From: a virus
Reading direction: 5' to 3' (one strand)
Length of the DNA: 64,000 bases
Virus record (IMG/VR): IMGVR_UViG_3300044630_001218
Coordinates: 2,280 to 66,279 of that record
The notes below the pieces were generated by a model. It saw only the letters and a list, made by a program, of their open reading frames with translations, had not been told where the DNA came from and made no database searches. The position numbers and the translations under genes are program-made. How positions within the stretch are numbered: the stretch's first letter is position 1; every line of letters starts with the position of its first letter. Below, piece after piece: positions 12,701 to 20,398 of the stretch.

Positions 12701-15289
12701 CCAGAAGCTGACAAGTTCTTTGCCGCATTCCGTAAAGAACAACAAGCTATGGAAAGTAAGCTCAAGAACTCCGGCTTTGGAGAACTTGTTGACTACCTTG
12801 TTGAGTTTAGGAACGAGATCAATAAGTACAAAGCAGTCATCAACTTCGACGAGTCGAACGATGTGTACCTCACTAGAACGTTTAGGTTCTTCGGCTCGGA
12901 AGGTTGGGCTCTCTTCGCTAAAGAAGGCGGGGTCGCAATGATTGACGGCAAAGAGGTAGACTTTAACAAGCTCCGTGCCGCCGCCGCTAAACACTTTGAG
13001 TGGGAGGTAGATAACGACGCAAAGCAGAACGGACAAACCCTTACTGCTGAACAACGTGATAAGAAACTAATTGAGTATCTTGATAAGTATCTCGCAAACC
13101 TCGAACAAGAAGCGGCTGACGCTAAGGATTTGGGTGCGATGAACACCGTCCGCAAGGACGTGAACCGTTTGCTTCGTAAGAAAGACTTCGACGCCCCACT
13201 GCGTACGCTGTTGGGTGAAGTCACTGATCCATTTGAGAATGCAGTCCGCACTGTGTACAGTGTCGGCAGACTTGCTGCTAACGAAAAGTTCCTACGCAAC
13301 TTCGCAAGTAAAGCGATTGAGATCGAGGTAGCCAGCCGTACGCGCAAGCCTGACATGGAACTGCTCTTCCCACCGAGTCAATCAGCACAGCTCGGAGACC
13401 TTGCTGGCTTGTATGTAAGGAAGGACATCGCCGCCACTATCCGCGAGGAGTTGGGCATGAACGGAATCAAACAGCAGTCGAAAGCAATGGAGACTTTGAA
13501 TAGCTTGGGCCGTGCAATGTCCAAGTTCTCCGGTCTTTCCATCACCGCAAAGACATTAGGATCGGTTGGTTTCTATCCCCGTAACGTATTGGGCGGTATT
13601 GCACTGACCACTGCGCAAGGCATTATCAATCCGGTGTACATGAAAGAGGCGATGCGCCTATCTATCATCTCCAACATGTCCCTCGGAGGTAATGTTAAAG
13701 CAGATACGCAAGAGACTCGCAATCAGATTCGCCGACTAACCGAATTGCAAATACTCAAGGACGAGACAAGAGGTCGTATCGCAATGGACATGCTTAATGG
13801 TTTCGTCAACTCTACGGATCAGCAACTGGAAGAGTTGCTTGATGCCATTGTCGAAGCGCAAGGCAGCGGTAACATCGAAAAGATTGTTAAGAAGTTCAAC
13901 CTCGAAGGAACATGGGCCGCGACAAAGCAGGCTGGTGGTTCCACTGTAGAGTTCCTCGCTTCTCTTAACAACGTGATTGATAGTGCGTTCAAACTTAACG
14001 CTTACTTCTTTGAGTTGAACGCACTGAAAGAAGCGTACGGCGATACAGAGTCCGAGTCCAAACTTGAGGTAGACGCCGCACGCAAAGTCAAGCTGACATT
14101 CCCGACACACTCGGATCAACTCAGTCTTGCGAAGGCATTTAACAAGTCGCCCTTCGCAATGATCGCCCTTCCGTTCGTGCGCTGGAAGACCGAAGTGTTC
14201 CGTACAATGTTTAACACGGTACCACTCGCCGTTGAAGAAATGAAATCAGGCAATCCGGTTATGCGCAGTCGTGGTGTGAAGCGTCTAGTTGGATTCACCA
14301 CTACTATGATAGGCGGTAGTGCTGCCTACGGTGCATTGTTCGCTACGCTGTTCAGTTTCCTCACCGATGATGAAGACGATGAGCGTGGTGGTGTGCGTGA
14401 ACTCAACGAAGAAGAACTCGTTGCGCTCCGTGAAGGTCTACCGAAGTGGCAACGCAACCACGGCATCTTTGCACAGCTACTGCAAGACGGCTCGGTGCAA
14501 GTCATCGACATGTCTAACATCCTACCGTACAGCCAGCTCACTGACATGGTCGGTTTGGCAACTCGCGGTGACATCAAAGGTATGGCTGACTACTTTAGCT
14601 CCGAGATGATCGGCACCCAGATCGCTGCCAACACTGCGATTGAGGTCGCACAAAACCGCGACCAGTTTGACCAGCCGATCTGGCTGGCTACTGATAATGC
14701 TGTTGTCGCGTTCGGTAAGATGGCAATGCACCTAATCGGCGGTACACTACAACCTGCTATTATCGACAAAGTAATTAAGGTCGGTAGGTACGGTGAGCAA
14801 AATGCCAAGGAGATCATTGTCGGTGAGCTTACTGGTGTAAGGCCAATAATCCATAAGACAACTGACATCGAGTACCGTGGCATGCGCAACTTGAAAGAGT
14901 CGGCTGATGCGGTTGTGTCCTTGCTCTATCCGTTGTCGTCCGGTAGGGGACTCAATCCAGATGAAGTCGAAGGCATCATCGACGACCATCAGTCGGCGTC
15001 TAACAAGAACCAGCAGAAGCTACACAACTTCTTGATGGGTATGCAGTCTATCGGTTCTACTGAGTCATCACTTGCTACTACTGCAAAACAAATGAAGTTC
15101 AGTAAGCAACGGTTCGGTGCCGCCCTCGAAGGGGTAAACATTCCGTGGGTGCCGAACGAACAGTGGTTCCGCAAGATGATCGACAACAAGATGCGGGTTG
15201 GTGAACAGGACCCCGATGAGATCGCTAACGAAATCAACAGGGTCCTGACACAGAAGGCTGATGTTTACAGTACTAACTTCCTTGAGTAA
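3731..15289 (+). CDS. Giant (3852 aa) ejection/polyvalent protein with zincin metallopeptidase domain(s)
   Basis: Uninterrupted ORF; Gly/Ala-rich hydrophobic segments; VLLHEYLHAAT (11069-11083) and degenerate VDEELAH (11798-11812); C-terminus resembles phage large polyvalent/ejection proteins. Confidence 0.75.
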   Translation: MLEIKSYDDWTEEEEELAEDPVSNIKKYTDYVRLNYSKAGILNPETDSEIAAGVQDRLNEEVFTEDMTEEDRNGIFSSIVGPDKNDDADARFVLDYLKAEGQQDDARVQNLTQYLSMKQLAPDRAEEFRQPVADIIGDRKLVRDSRVAAADRGDFSVVAIEEDNGDRTFYSGPSAKPEKVSGEIDSLIKAGAISTSDLSSISGYVKPINGGLSTTSEATRYDIFRSTVGEKAKADKELGGLLQNQAGTLRQQKEEEQRTTGEAVLEGAKTVIAYPFAKLADAVMAAGSFLTGEEKPEPKYAPDTKLSDVLGSDENLRKKFSAEEIEKFSDAMVADAAGAVFRADKPETGITTDSMGNPIIAAALLPRDDLFEKALAAAPLNKDQQKMARVRRDQLLDTTAPELLKVILEEEPDAVGMLAKAKADGLSDAEFVKTYVSDSKNYSGFETRLEQFGKSAWKTVAEIPLGLAALSGNEWAAKEMVKMNKDQSRRQEFSRMFGDEYGIGFQLLNTIPQVATDIGLTIGTGGVFAGAKTLAKAGSVSSKTALRSMAKLGLSGVDDVAAQSFRTASTAGGEAATSNAIKEVGRSLATKFAENAPVFTTSFVRSATSTYGSIYGQLPDEMSHEEKHKNALGYSLAAGLSTGVITSGMSFLGRGGVEEVATKRIRAMLGGETDDAVLAAGGRVVPVDKMNYRQAKAVYENLKSESVPVTDRAFQRAMRGAIGGAYKNYMRTTFGGVLNEATEEMVDQAIQMKLEDAALDQETPLSEKVNQIFTAGVIGGGLGGIVAGATQFGPVKKSELALVFEGRASALEKVATQLRKTNSNATAETVQRMIDDARTRAAEVTQAEAQAKIQEEKNAELATKKPIFADPAEKQLSDEKEQELELTMLGDLVGEKVSAAGFTGTLEADDSGSIFLNTKDGETIHLGSRYEKAQGRVSAFPQLMTFAKDEGKVLAGTPYIVRGKKATSKVAMPSVTENNRPEDFLGVIKDKGNIIQLVVKGATLMSNQDLDGMDIKISNGYQIKSLARYYNVSLDSLQDLTPPPTDSDVNASSIDEIETNAVSDEAKASIVTAKEVLQYGPNQNLFKAFMAGDSSKAKFKQTVTNLTPDELNFIAQNANTFFDWVSSDDTIPAETRGALLQSAEDLKSRVALAYKFQVDQAAKEAFANEPDLTDEEKAAIEDELKQDLEGDGEEATAPKTQLTSKEQEAENKRLKGVITGAPKEPTAVKTRKTPEGNSVVEGPSPQDQLRKLMADYSDMEFVVPIVATREGPKTFAGATKYRKKLEFLEDIAYSDAATEEFSAELAELKVSMAKGKQAIGSRRRRLRMKMASLMPAEVGSEETTLTQSEQDLASQLSAIEASRPFKTFEEEEEAQEKRTKKKRVDHGGIAGEDWSTEDKLNVFRNQEEELAFNDLVLGGFRISDLSAYGRAIAGLTQEDMGYGEVPLFTKQRLEGDPTDPMKYLKGKHKFLYRKVIENYPLVTPTSKDEPVTSKRSYTNVETGEYRTIPIPVFRDASYDAVAGEFTNDPIIIREQIDQNIPVTIPKQLIKRSENAKDAFKINPSIEFDPDTGVVMSVIDPITRQPIRFSGEEAYVNGSYIPIKARKTESLLMSLVAPSGRYLSSAGETAKGRQSIGQQVVNNKVVPAKNLNARDYTGDFQKWMMGEVAFDGEFERGAGHRFLKSEFQLDDDSISDLSSYALAEYGLSVYEFAMGKALLDYAAKSVKFEKNKSITKRLTKAAEEKGLTLEQYKEHPDFASEFNLTKESLRDLNPVGVVADFFYTNSKEAMATAIAERHPNLSGSTAHNVITKYAEFLYERVNEPDGDLFTGPKNPLNILKKFGKDYQNAEKARNIRKTVFFRGIGEDNESVLDTLLATGKLNDYALDPLFSSSRDMVDDDPETATTYRISLRDSLIRQINDTPELKRAMKDIALLFHKGFEVLESGEMIVDVLNNKIVSITGDNRDISMAIVNRLSGLKTGLRAAGVMSELGWLPPVAKFEAIPPTVEPPASFESPTASKDRLIELVDKAKESAYRAGGKTTPQEEVAYRNKIIEAVRVAQPEIQEAFAAAETLRRKGDLRERYEQSIKSVFNKMDTETINAAVNKLSQTISNNRSKLDKFDEQIELVNSEITEAGLSLSNIFNEINVQRRALGLGARPESELLADLSSEGEFKQPTAAELSSLERPQPTATPKQVKVKKTKAAERAQLALPQLTDSYNMALSNVRFHTRKKNSVTRDKEVSIALIERLNPLMQRIDDVMVDDMSETEKIGTVEAILTRALTGDPADTRAATDYKKASESMKLKASGIVEETTELKGYEKIARMAAPALMKMRNDVTRLNKSVSNVNSAELEQAARIANSEDVARYALESNDPESVLTALRIISKSKVEHHREVAKLLLLAPDFVRSVKFGIVDVRSDWAGIYDSESNAVMVNLSGHNGRGLADVLLHEYLHAATVTYLNDPRTAEQRAAVQRINQLRELAIAQATKKGLMRYAHVRNGLANNAEFLTYTITAPEFQSMLAAMTPTGQRSILSRMIDAILSFFGKKNTLLNKAIKELFDFSQMSLASYHTFNISSRRDIDGIVQIAQDARVAFEDKVFFGSMVEDILTRYEGGGEGVFAAESTGPFDAEAELRRIVPAGINIEIDNNMVAAMGIRRSKPNTIIINQEYVAELGTGLSQANAKAVIRTAVDEELAHIAANSVFTNDDYLAIAKELGPDMVNRILDITYSNMEPDDAIRASRIAADREAGLTGDLDAAAEWVRMEMTRMATGRTREVDIAFFYTNPSLLERFLEGLKAFIVKLKQQFRATPTTGTAAHISQASRSFRKLRNGGVLPTPEPSAANEYGDTTAFFNAINGDIAEGQEDRTYFMFPVAGTGASKQKTKDFWKMAQDKMYNLPMELRKYLNMRDGTISQIEYTIEDFDRRFPKLRDEALARGASIEDIGMILGTTAPAVQGEARKEIQRKVREFKKDNATDPDLERKAEDYEAQLTQPEADKFFAAFRKEQQAMESKLKNSGFGELVDYLVEFRNEINKYKAVINFDESNDVYLTRTFRFFGSEGWALFAKEGGVAMIDGKEVDFNKLRAAAAKHFEWEVDNDAKQNGQTLTAEQRDKKLIEYLDKYLANLEQEAADAKDLGAMNTVRKDVNRLLRKKDFDAPLRTLLGEVTDPFENAVRTVYSVGRLAANEKFLRNFASKAIEIEVASRTRKPDMELLFPPSQSAQLGDLAGLYVRKDIAATIREELGMNGIKQQSKAMETLNSLGRAMSKFSGLSITAKTLGSVGFYPRNVLGGIALTTAQGIINPVYMKEAMRLSIISNMSLGGNVKADTQETRNQIRRLTELQILKDETRGRIAMDMLNGFVNSTDQQLEELLDAIVEAQGSGNIEKIVKKFNLEGTWAATKQAGGSTVEFLASLNNVIDSAFKLNAYFFELNALKEAYGDTESESKLEVDAARKVKLTFPTHSDQLSLAKAFNKSPFAMIALPFVRWKTEVFRTMFNTVPLAVEEMKSGNPVMRSRGVKRLVGFTTTMIGGSAAYGALFATLFSFLTDDEDDERGGVRELNEEELVALREGLPKWQRNHGIFAQLLQDGSVQVIDMSNILPYSQLTDMVGLATRGDIKGMADYFSSEMIGTQIAANTAIEVAQNRDQFDQPIWLATDNAVVAFGKMAMHLIGGTLQPAIIDKVIKVGRYGEQNAKEIIVGELTGVRPIIHKTTDIEYRGMRNLKESADAVVSLLYPLSSGRGLNPDEVEGIIDDHQSASNKNQQKLHNFLMGMQSIGSTESSLATTAKQMKFSKQRFGAALEGVNIPWVPNEQWFRKMIDNKMRVGEQDPDEIANEINRVLTQKADVYSTNFLE

Positions 15290-15374
15290 GTACGACAAAC
15301 GTTTGCCAGAAGAAGCAAGCTGCGAACCATAGGAACCAGCCGCCCAAGAACAGGAAGCAAATGACCTCCATCAT
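15273..15374 (-). CDS. 33-aa hydrophobic microprotein
   Basis: MMEVICFLFLGGWFLWFAACFFWQTFVVLTQGS; ATGA-coupled to the upstream ORF; not in ORF track. Confidence 0.45.
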   Translation of the reverse strand: MMEVICFLFLGGWFLWFAACFFWQTFVVLTQGS

Positions 15375-15529
15375 CCGCCTCCTTTCTTGGCGGACTGAAC
15401 TGCTATGAATCCTTTCTTCATGGCTTTCAGTTCTTTGATGTTGCGGTCGTGGAACCAGCGTAGTAGCTGGCTCTTCTCTGCGAACTCAAGGTGCATAGAT
15501 GTATCTTTCTTTTTGTTTGTGGTTCGCAT
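15371..15529 (-). CDS. 52-aa basic hypothetical protein
   Basis: MRTTNKKKDTSMHLEF...KKGGG; fills the gap between neighbours. Confidence 0.5.
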   Translation of the reverse strand: MRTTNKKKDTSMHLEFAEKSQLLRWFHDRNIKELKAMKKGFIAVQSAKKGGG

Positions 15530-15533
15530 TCAA

Positions 15534-15749
15534 TTACAGCTTGTACTTAACACCATAGTTAGCAGCCCTAATACGCCATAGCTTGTCGCTCTTGCCTACA
15601 ATCTGGTGTTCAACTATCAAGTGTCCATTATTGAGGGTGATCTTCGGTTGGCACGCGCAGTCGAGAGTAACCTCGTGCTCGTGTCCTGTATCCTTGTTCG
15701 GTACGCTGTGTAGTTGGCTGTTCTTGCGGTGTTTATTTGTTATCTTCAT
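15534..15749 (-). CDS. Hypothetical protein (His/Cys motif)
   Basis: HSVP.D..HEH....C.CQP...IVEH; tight gene spacing. Confidence 0.6.
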   Translation of the reverse strand: MKITNKHRKNSQLHSVPNKDTGHEHEVTLDCACQPKITLNNGHLIVEHQIVGKSDKLWRIRAANYGVKYKL

Positions 15750-15755
15750 ATGTAT

Positions 15756-15998
15756 TTATTGTATTGAGTTGTTGATGAACTCTTCGATCTGCTTCTTAAG
15801 CCACGACGAATCAACACGTAGGGCACAGGCGGCGACTACTGTATCGGCAAACGCATCCGCTACCCGTGCTAGTTGCAGCGAGCCGGATCGTATCGAGATG
15901 CCGTTTACATATGCGGTCACGAACTTTGCATTGAGTGTGACGTTGGCTTCGAGCGTGAGGATGTCACGACCGGTATCAATTTGTACTTTGTCTTTCAT
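15756..15998 (-). CDS. Hypothetical protein
   Basis: 80-aa ORF with A-rich leader in the early operon. Confidence 0.6.
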   Translation of the reverse strand: MKDKVQIDTGRDILTLEANVTLNAKFVTAYVNGISIRSGSLQLARVADAFADTVVAACALRVDSSWLKKQIEEFINNSIQ

Positions 15999-16020
15999 AA
16001 TTAGTTTGTTTATTAGTTGC

Positions 16021-16638
16021 TTACAGTGAACGGAATTTGTCGATGTGCATTAGTGCTTCACCGAGCGGGCCTTCCGGTGCCCCGTATTTATCTAGCAGAA
16101 CCATGAGTCTGTCACGCTTTTCCTGTGGCTGCTGCCGGATACAGGATACAAGGTTGAGCATCATGTCGTCGGTTGGGTTCTTGAACTGCCACTTGTGGAG
16201 TTCGAAACCGCGAGCAAGAGTCGAACTCAAGTTCGATAGGCAGTCAGCCATCAGTATCCGTCTAGTTGTGTTGTCATCTAATGGGTCTGGCGTGGGCGGC
16301 ACATGAGATAACGAACTCGTATGGTACAAACCTTCGGTTGCAGGATAGAACTCCATAGCTGCACTCGCTATGAACCCACCGACCAGCGGCGAGTACGCGG
16401 CAATTACAATCGGGTCGTATGAGTTTACTATCATCTTCACCTTGTACCCAGTGACGACTCGTACATGATGTGTGCCGTAACTACCAGTCACCTCGTGGTA
16501 CTGGTGTGGTATCTCCGACAGCATGATCTCTGGTTTGTTTCCTAACTGGATATGACGTTCCCAGTCTAGCATCATACCTTCGATCAGTGCGTCCGGTTTC
16601 TTGTATCTCTTTCTGAACTGTGCTCTAGTTAATTTCAT
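16021..16638 (-). CDS. Hypothetical protein
   Basis: 205-aa ORF with A-rich leader. Confidence 0.65.
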   Translation of the reverse strand: MKLTRAQFRKRYKKPDALIEGMMLDWERHIQLGNKPEIMLSEIPHQYHEVTGSYGTHHVRVVTGYKVKMIVNSYDPIVIAAYSPLVGGFIASAAMEFYPATEGLYHTSSLSHVPPTPDPLDDNTTRRILMADCLSNLSSTLARGFELHKWQFKNPTDDMMLNLVSCIRQQPQEKRDRLMVLLDKYGAPEGPLGEALMHIDKFRSL

Positions 16639-16670
16639 ACTTCTTATTTCTTTTTAGTTGTTTTATTTTA

Positions 16671-18074
16671 TCACACATCAGTAATCTCGATAACCTCACC
16701 AGCTTTAAATGCACTGGTATGGGCACCAGTTGACAGCCAGAGCAGGGGGAACTCGACATTGGTGATGTCTTTCAGATCATCCGAGTATCCGTCCGTTAGG
16801 TAGACCATGACATCCACATCCTGCGCATGCTCGGCTACCCAATCAAAGGCTGGCTTGAACTTCGTACCACCCCCGCCCTTGAGTTTGGCTGGCACGGTGT
16901 CGCCTACCTCAAGAGTCAAGTCATCGGCTACCACATGCGAGACGGATAGTAGGTGCAACTTGTCTGGCTTGAGGTCATCGAGTACCGCTTGTGCTTCGCT
17001 GAGGAAGCGGTCGTAGGTGCGCTGTCCAATTGAACCGGAGGTATCCAGTACCAGTACTATCTCTCCGGCGTTGCGGGTGCGGCGACCAGCGGCGACGAGT
17101 CCAGTTGTCTGGAAGATCGGGTTGTTGAACGGCGCATCCCATCCGTTGCGTGAACGCTTTGTCAACCACTCACGTAGCAGGTCGGGCCAGCTCAACGAGG
17201 AACTGGTACGCTGTGACTGCAAGCGGTTGGCAGTTGTGCCCTTGTCACCTTGTTGGCGGCGATCTATTTCGTCGGCGATGAAGATCGAATCGTTGGCTTC
17301 TTCGATGCGGTCGATGACTTCCTGCTTGGACTCACCGTCTTCGGCTTCCGGCTCGAACGTATCCGGTGCGCCAGTGCCGACAAAGTCCGACAGATCATCT
17401 CCACTATCCAACTCGTCAGTGTCGGTAGCACTATCACCCCCGCTGTCAGGATCACTAGTAGTACTGTCTTCACTGCTCTCCTGCTCATTGCCTTCGCTGT
17501 CTTCGCTGTCGTCTTGATCGCTGTCTTCATTGTTATCATTGTTGGTATCATTGTTGGTATCATCTTGTTGTTGGGATGGTTTAGGATTAATCTCTTGGTT
17601 CTGTTGTGGTTTAGCTAGTATGCGGTAGAGTTGCTCGGCTGAATTGTTGCCGGACAACTGCTCGTCAAGGAGCACGCCCTCGATGAGGGGGAATACTTCC
17701 TTGCCGATCTCACGGTTGCGGTTGGCGATCATCGCATTGATGATGTAGTCAGCCGCAACATTAGCAGTCTTCGAGTCGGGTAGTTTGGCGAGACGCCAGC
17801 CGTGACCGAGCAGTGCGTGCAATGCTTCATGCACTAGCAGGAATGCAATGAGGCCAGCACCGTTTGGTTTGTTGGCTAATTTGTTGATGCCATCCCTGTT
17901 GAGTAGCAAGGTGGCACCGTCCGTTGCGCCGTATGGTACAGCGTCCGACCACTGCCAGCTCATAGACATGAGCTTGCTGTGTGCGATGAACCAGTACCGA
18001 CCTGTTGTCCGCATGGCTACGGACAACGGGTGGTTGGTGGCGAATGATGTGGGGTCTATCATGTTTGTTTCCAT
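16671..18074 (-). CDS. Metallopeptidase + VWA domain protein (DUF2201-like)
   Basis: ATDG, LLVHEALH, NVAADYIIN; acidic linker; MIDAS DTSGS, GGGT.F, YLTDG. Confidence 0.85.
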   Translation of the reverse strand: METNMIDPTSFATNHPLSVAMRTTGRYWFIAHSKLMSMSWQWSDAVPYGATDGATLLLNRDGINKLANKPNGAGLIAFLLVHEALHALLGHGWRLAKLPDSKTANVAADYIINAMIANRNREIGKEVFPLIEGVLLDEQLSGNNSAEQLYRILAKPQQNQEINPKPSQQQDDTNNDTNNDNNEDSDQDDSEDSEGNEQESSEDSTTSDPDSGGDSATDTDELDSGDDLSDFVGTGAPDTFEPEAEDGESKQEVIDRIEEANDSIFIADEIDRRQQGDKGTTANRLQSQRTSSSLSWPDLLREWLTKRSRNGWDAPFNNPIFQTTGLVAAGRRTRNAGEIVLVLDTSGSIGQRTYDRFLSEAQAVLDDLKPDKLHLLSVSHVVADDLTLEVGDTVPAKLKGGGGTKFKPAFDWVAEHAQDVDVMVYLTDGYSDDLKDITNVEFPLLWLSTGAHTSAFKAGEVIEITDV

Positions 18075-18094
18075 TTGTATTTATGTGGTTGGTA

Positions 18095-18967
18095 TTACAG
18101 ACCGAGAGCGGCAAGAGTCTCGTCAGCTTTTACAGCTGCGGCTTCCGCCTTCTGGGCAATGCGAACACGCTCGTCTTGCGTCAGCTCGCCAGCAGGAATG
18201 CGAGCAGCGTCAGCTACTGCAAGTACAACTTGCTCGATCTCCGGTAGCTCGAAGAAGTTGAGCTTCTGCACACGCTGTGCCTCTTCACGCAGCTTGTCGA
18301 ACTGCGACAGGTGCAAGCGGTCAGCGTTGCGCAAGCGGTTGGAGAACTCTGCGATCACAGCTTTCAGATCGTTGATCGGGCCAGCGTGTGAAGCACGGAG
18401 CATCTCTGTCACCTGCCGTTGCGAGTCAGCACGCACGCGGTTGGCAACCTCTTCGGTGAGGCCGACAAGCACGGCATCGTCAACCGCAACAGGCTGGTTG
18501 ATGATGGTCAAGTTCATGGTGAACTTGCTCGCCACCTCCGTAGCAGTAGGGATCTGCACCTCGTTGACGAACGAACCTAATTGCGTATGCAAGGAGGTGA
18601 GTAGGTCAGGATAGGTAGCGAGGATATCCTCACGGACGGTATCGAGTTCTGCTTGCGCATCATCGAAGATGTTCTGCACTTCGGCGACATCCTTGATGCG
18701 GAGGTAGATGCCTCCGGTCTGGCAGAGCGAACCGCAACGGCGGACGGCAACGCCTGTCCGTTGTTGCAGACTGATAGCACGACCGACTGCCGTGCCTCGC
18801 GCCGTGAGGATCGTGTTGTAGACACGAGCCGCATTGCGGTCAGCTCCAGCGGCAGTCACCGCCCTCGTTGATGCACTACGATTGAGTGCGTTGGTTGCTG
18901 GTGCCGTGGTGCTGAAGTGGCAGAGCACGATGGATTGGAATGCCTTGAGTTGTTGTGTAGTAGTCAT
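18095..18967 (-). CDS. Helical protein between AAA and VWA genes (DUF3150-like)
   Basis: 290 aa; position and YP....P...EV..KF pattern. Confidence 0.55.
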   Translation of the reverse strand: MTTTQQLKAFQSIVLCHFSTTAPATNALNRSASTRAVTAAGADRNAARVYNTILTARGTAVGRAISLQQRTGVAVRRCGSLCQTGGIYLRIKDVAEVQNIFDDAQAELDTVREDILATYPDLLTSLHTQLGSFVNEVQIPTATEVASKFTMNLTIINQPVAVDDAVLVGLTEEVANRVRADSQRQVTEMLRASHAGPINDLKAVIAEFSNRLRNADRLHLSQFDKLREEAQRVQKLNFFELPEIEQVVLAVADAARIPAGELTQDERVRIAQKAEAAAVKADETLAALGL

Positions 18968-19006
18968 GTTGTATTTCTATTCTGTTTGTTTTGTTTTGTT
19001 GTTTGC

Positions 19007-20089
19007 TTATGCGAGGATGAGGTCACGGCTTTGTGGGTGCTCATCCAGAGGGATGCCTCGGCGTACGGCAGAGCGTGCACCGAACTCACGAATGTCGCCA
19101 CGGCAACGGAGCAGTAGGGATACAAGCCAGTCGAAGCCGCCGCTGTGTACGGCAATGGCGATGTCCTTGACGCCGCGAGTAGCGATGGCAAGGCAAGCGG
19201 ACACGAGGGCGAACTGCACCGCAGGATCTTCCGGTACCTTAAAGGAATCGGGGTCAGCCTTGAGGGTGGCGATGTCCGGCAACTTGTCCACATGCTGGAG
19301 GAATGCGAAGTAAGTAGACGCCGCACGATCACCGACCGAACCTCGCACGAACTTGCGGAACGCTTCCGGTTTGGTGGCGCGGAATGGGTGTGCCAGTGCT
19401 ACCGCTTCCCATGTACGAGGACATGGATGGGGCACGCCATCGTACGGCATGACGACAGGCGGGTTGAAGTGGTCGAGTCCGTCACCGCTAGTCGTACCAA
19501 ACTTGAGGAACGCTGGCACATGAGACCCGCTTGCCGTCAGCTTGGCTTGACTATCGTACCAATCAAGCCAGTCCCCGACATTGGGTTCGAGCGTGACCTT
19601 GACGCAACGCTCGGTGAACGGGGCATCCTCAACGGCGGATCGGGTGCCGTCCTGTCTGCGGTTGGAGGCGCAGACTACGAAGACATTCGAGCCTAACACA
19701 TGAGGTCCAACCATCCTGTCACCGGATGCAGGGTACAGGGAACGGAGCAGGGCACGAACCGCAGGGTCATAGTCGTTGCACTCGTCGAGGAACAAGAGCA
19801 CAGGCTCGTCACCTACACGCTTGGCAGTAGGCCAAATGTCCGGTGCGTAGAACGACATGTCATCGCCGTCTGGTTTGCCGTATCCGATCACCTCTTGCGG
19901 GCCCTGCCCGTTGAGGTTGACACAATACACCTTGCGTCCCATCTGCGGGGCGAGGATCTTGGTGACGATGCTGGTCTTGCCAGCACCACCGCTACCCACG
20001 ATGAACAGGAAGCGGTCGGTTGCTACTGCGATCTCCGCGAGGTCGAGGAGTTCGGATGGTTTGGTTGGGTTAATGGAGTTAGTTGTCAT
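19007..20089 (-). CDS. MoxR-like AAA+ ATPase
   Basis: Walker A GSGGAGKT, Walker B LLFLDE, sensor VCASN, arginine finger PFTER, PCPRTWE. Confidence 0.85.
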   Translation of the reverse strand: MTTNSINPTKPSELLDLAEIAVATDRFLFIVGSGGAGKTSIVTKILAPQMGRKVYCVNLNGQGPQEVIGYGKPDGDDMSFYAPDIWPTAKRVGDEPVLLFLDECNDYDPAVRALLRSLYPASGDRMVGPHVLGSNVFVVCASNRRQDGTRSAVEDAPFTERCVKVTLEPNVGDWLDWYDSQAKLTASGSHVPAFLKFGTTSGDGLDHFNPPVVMPYDGVPHPCPRTWEAVALAHPFRATKPEAFRKFVRGSVGDRAASTYFAFLQHVDKLPDIATLKADPDSFKVPEDPAVQFALVSACLAIATRGVKDIAIAVHSGGFDWLVSLLLRCRGDIREFGARSAVRRGIPLDEHPQSRDLILA

Positions 20090-20195
20090 ATTATTTTTGT
20101 TTGCTTTTGTATTAGAGGGCCGACCATTTGTGCTGTCGCAGTCGGCGTTGCGATCATCTGTAATTCAGTTTCCGCAGTAGGTCAATACCTTTTTC

Positions 20196-20396
20196 TCAAT
20201 TATTTTCTTTTGAGATTGTGGCAAGCCGTATGGTAGCGGCCAAGTGGATGGCACTACCTGTATCCGGCAACGCTTCAAGTACCTTGCCGTTGTGGATAGG
20301 GTAGACCGCAACGGATTGGAGGTCGTTGTTGTCGTCGGTTATCGCTTGGAAAACAAACGGCATACCCTCCGGCAGGATCTCTCGTACTACTCTCAT
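20196..20396 (-). CDS. Hypothetical protein
   Basis: 66-aa ORF, 2 nt from the upstream stop. Confidence 0.55.
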   Translation of the reverse strand: MRVVREILPEGMPFVFQAITDDNNDLQSVAVYPIHNGKVLEALPDTGSAIHLAATIRLATISKENN

Positions 20397-20398
20397 GG

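Noticed and set aside
3731-15289. Giant protein as an N4-like or crAss-like virion RNA polymerase using the hairpins as promoters
   Set aside because: No RxxxKxxxxxxxYG or DxDxD catalytic motif was found by eye, and strand-specific G-U wobbles favour RNA structure; it cannot be fully excluded without a structure search
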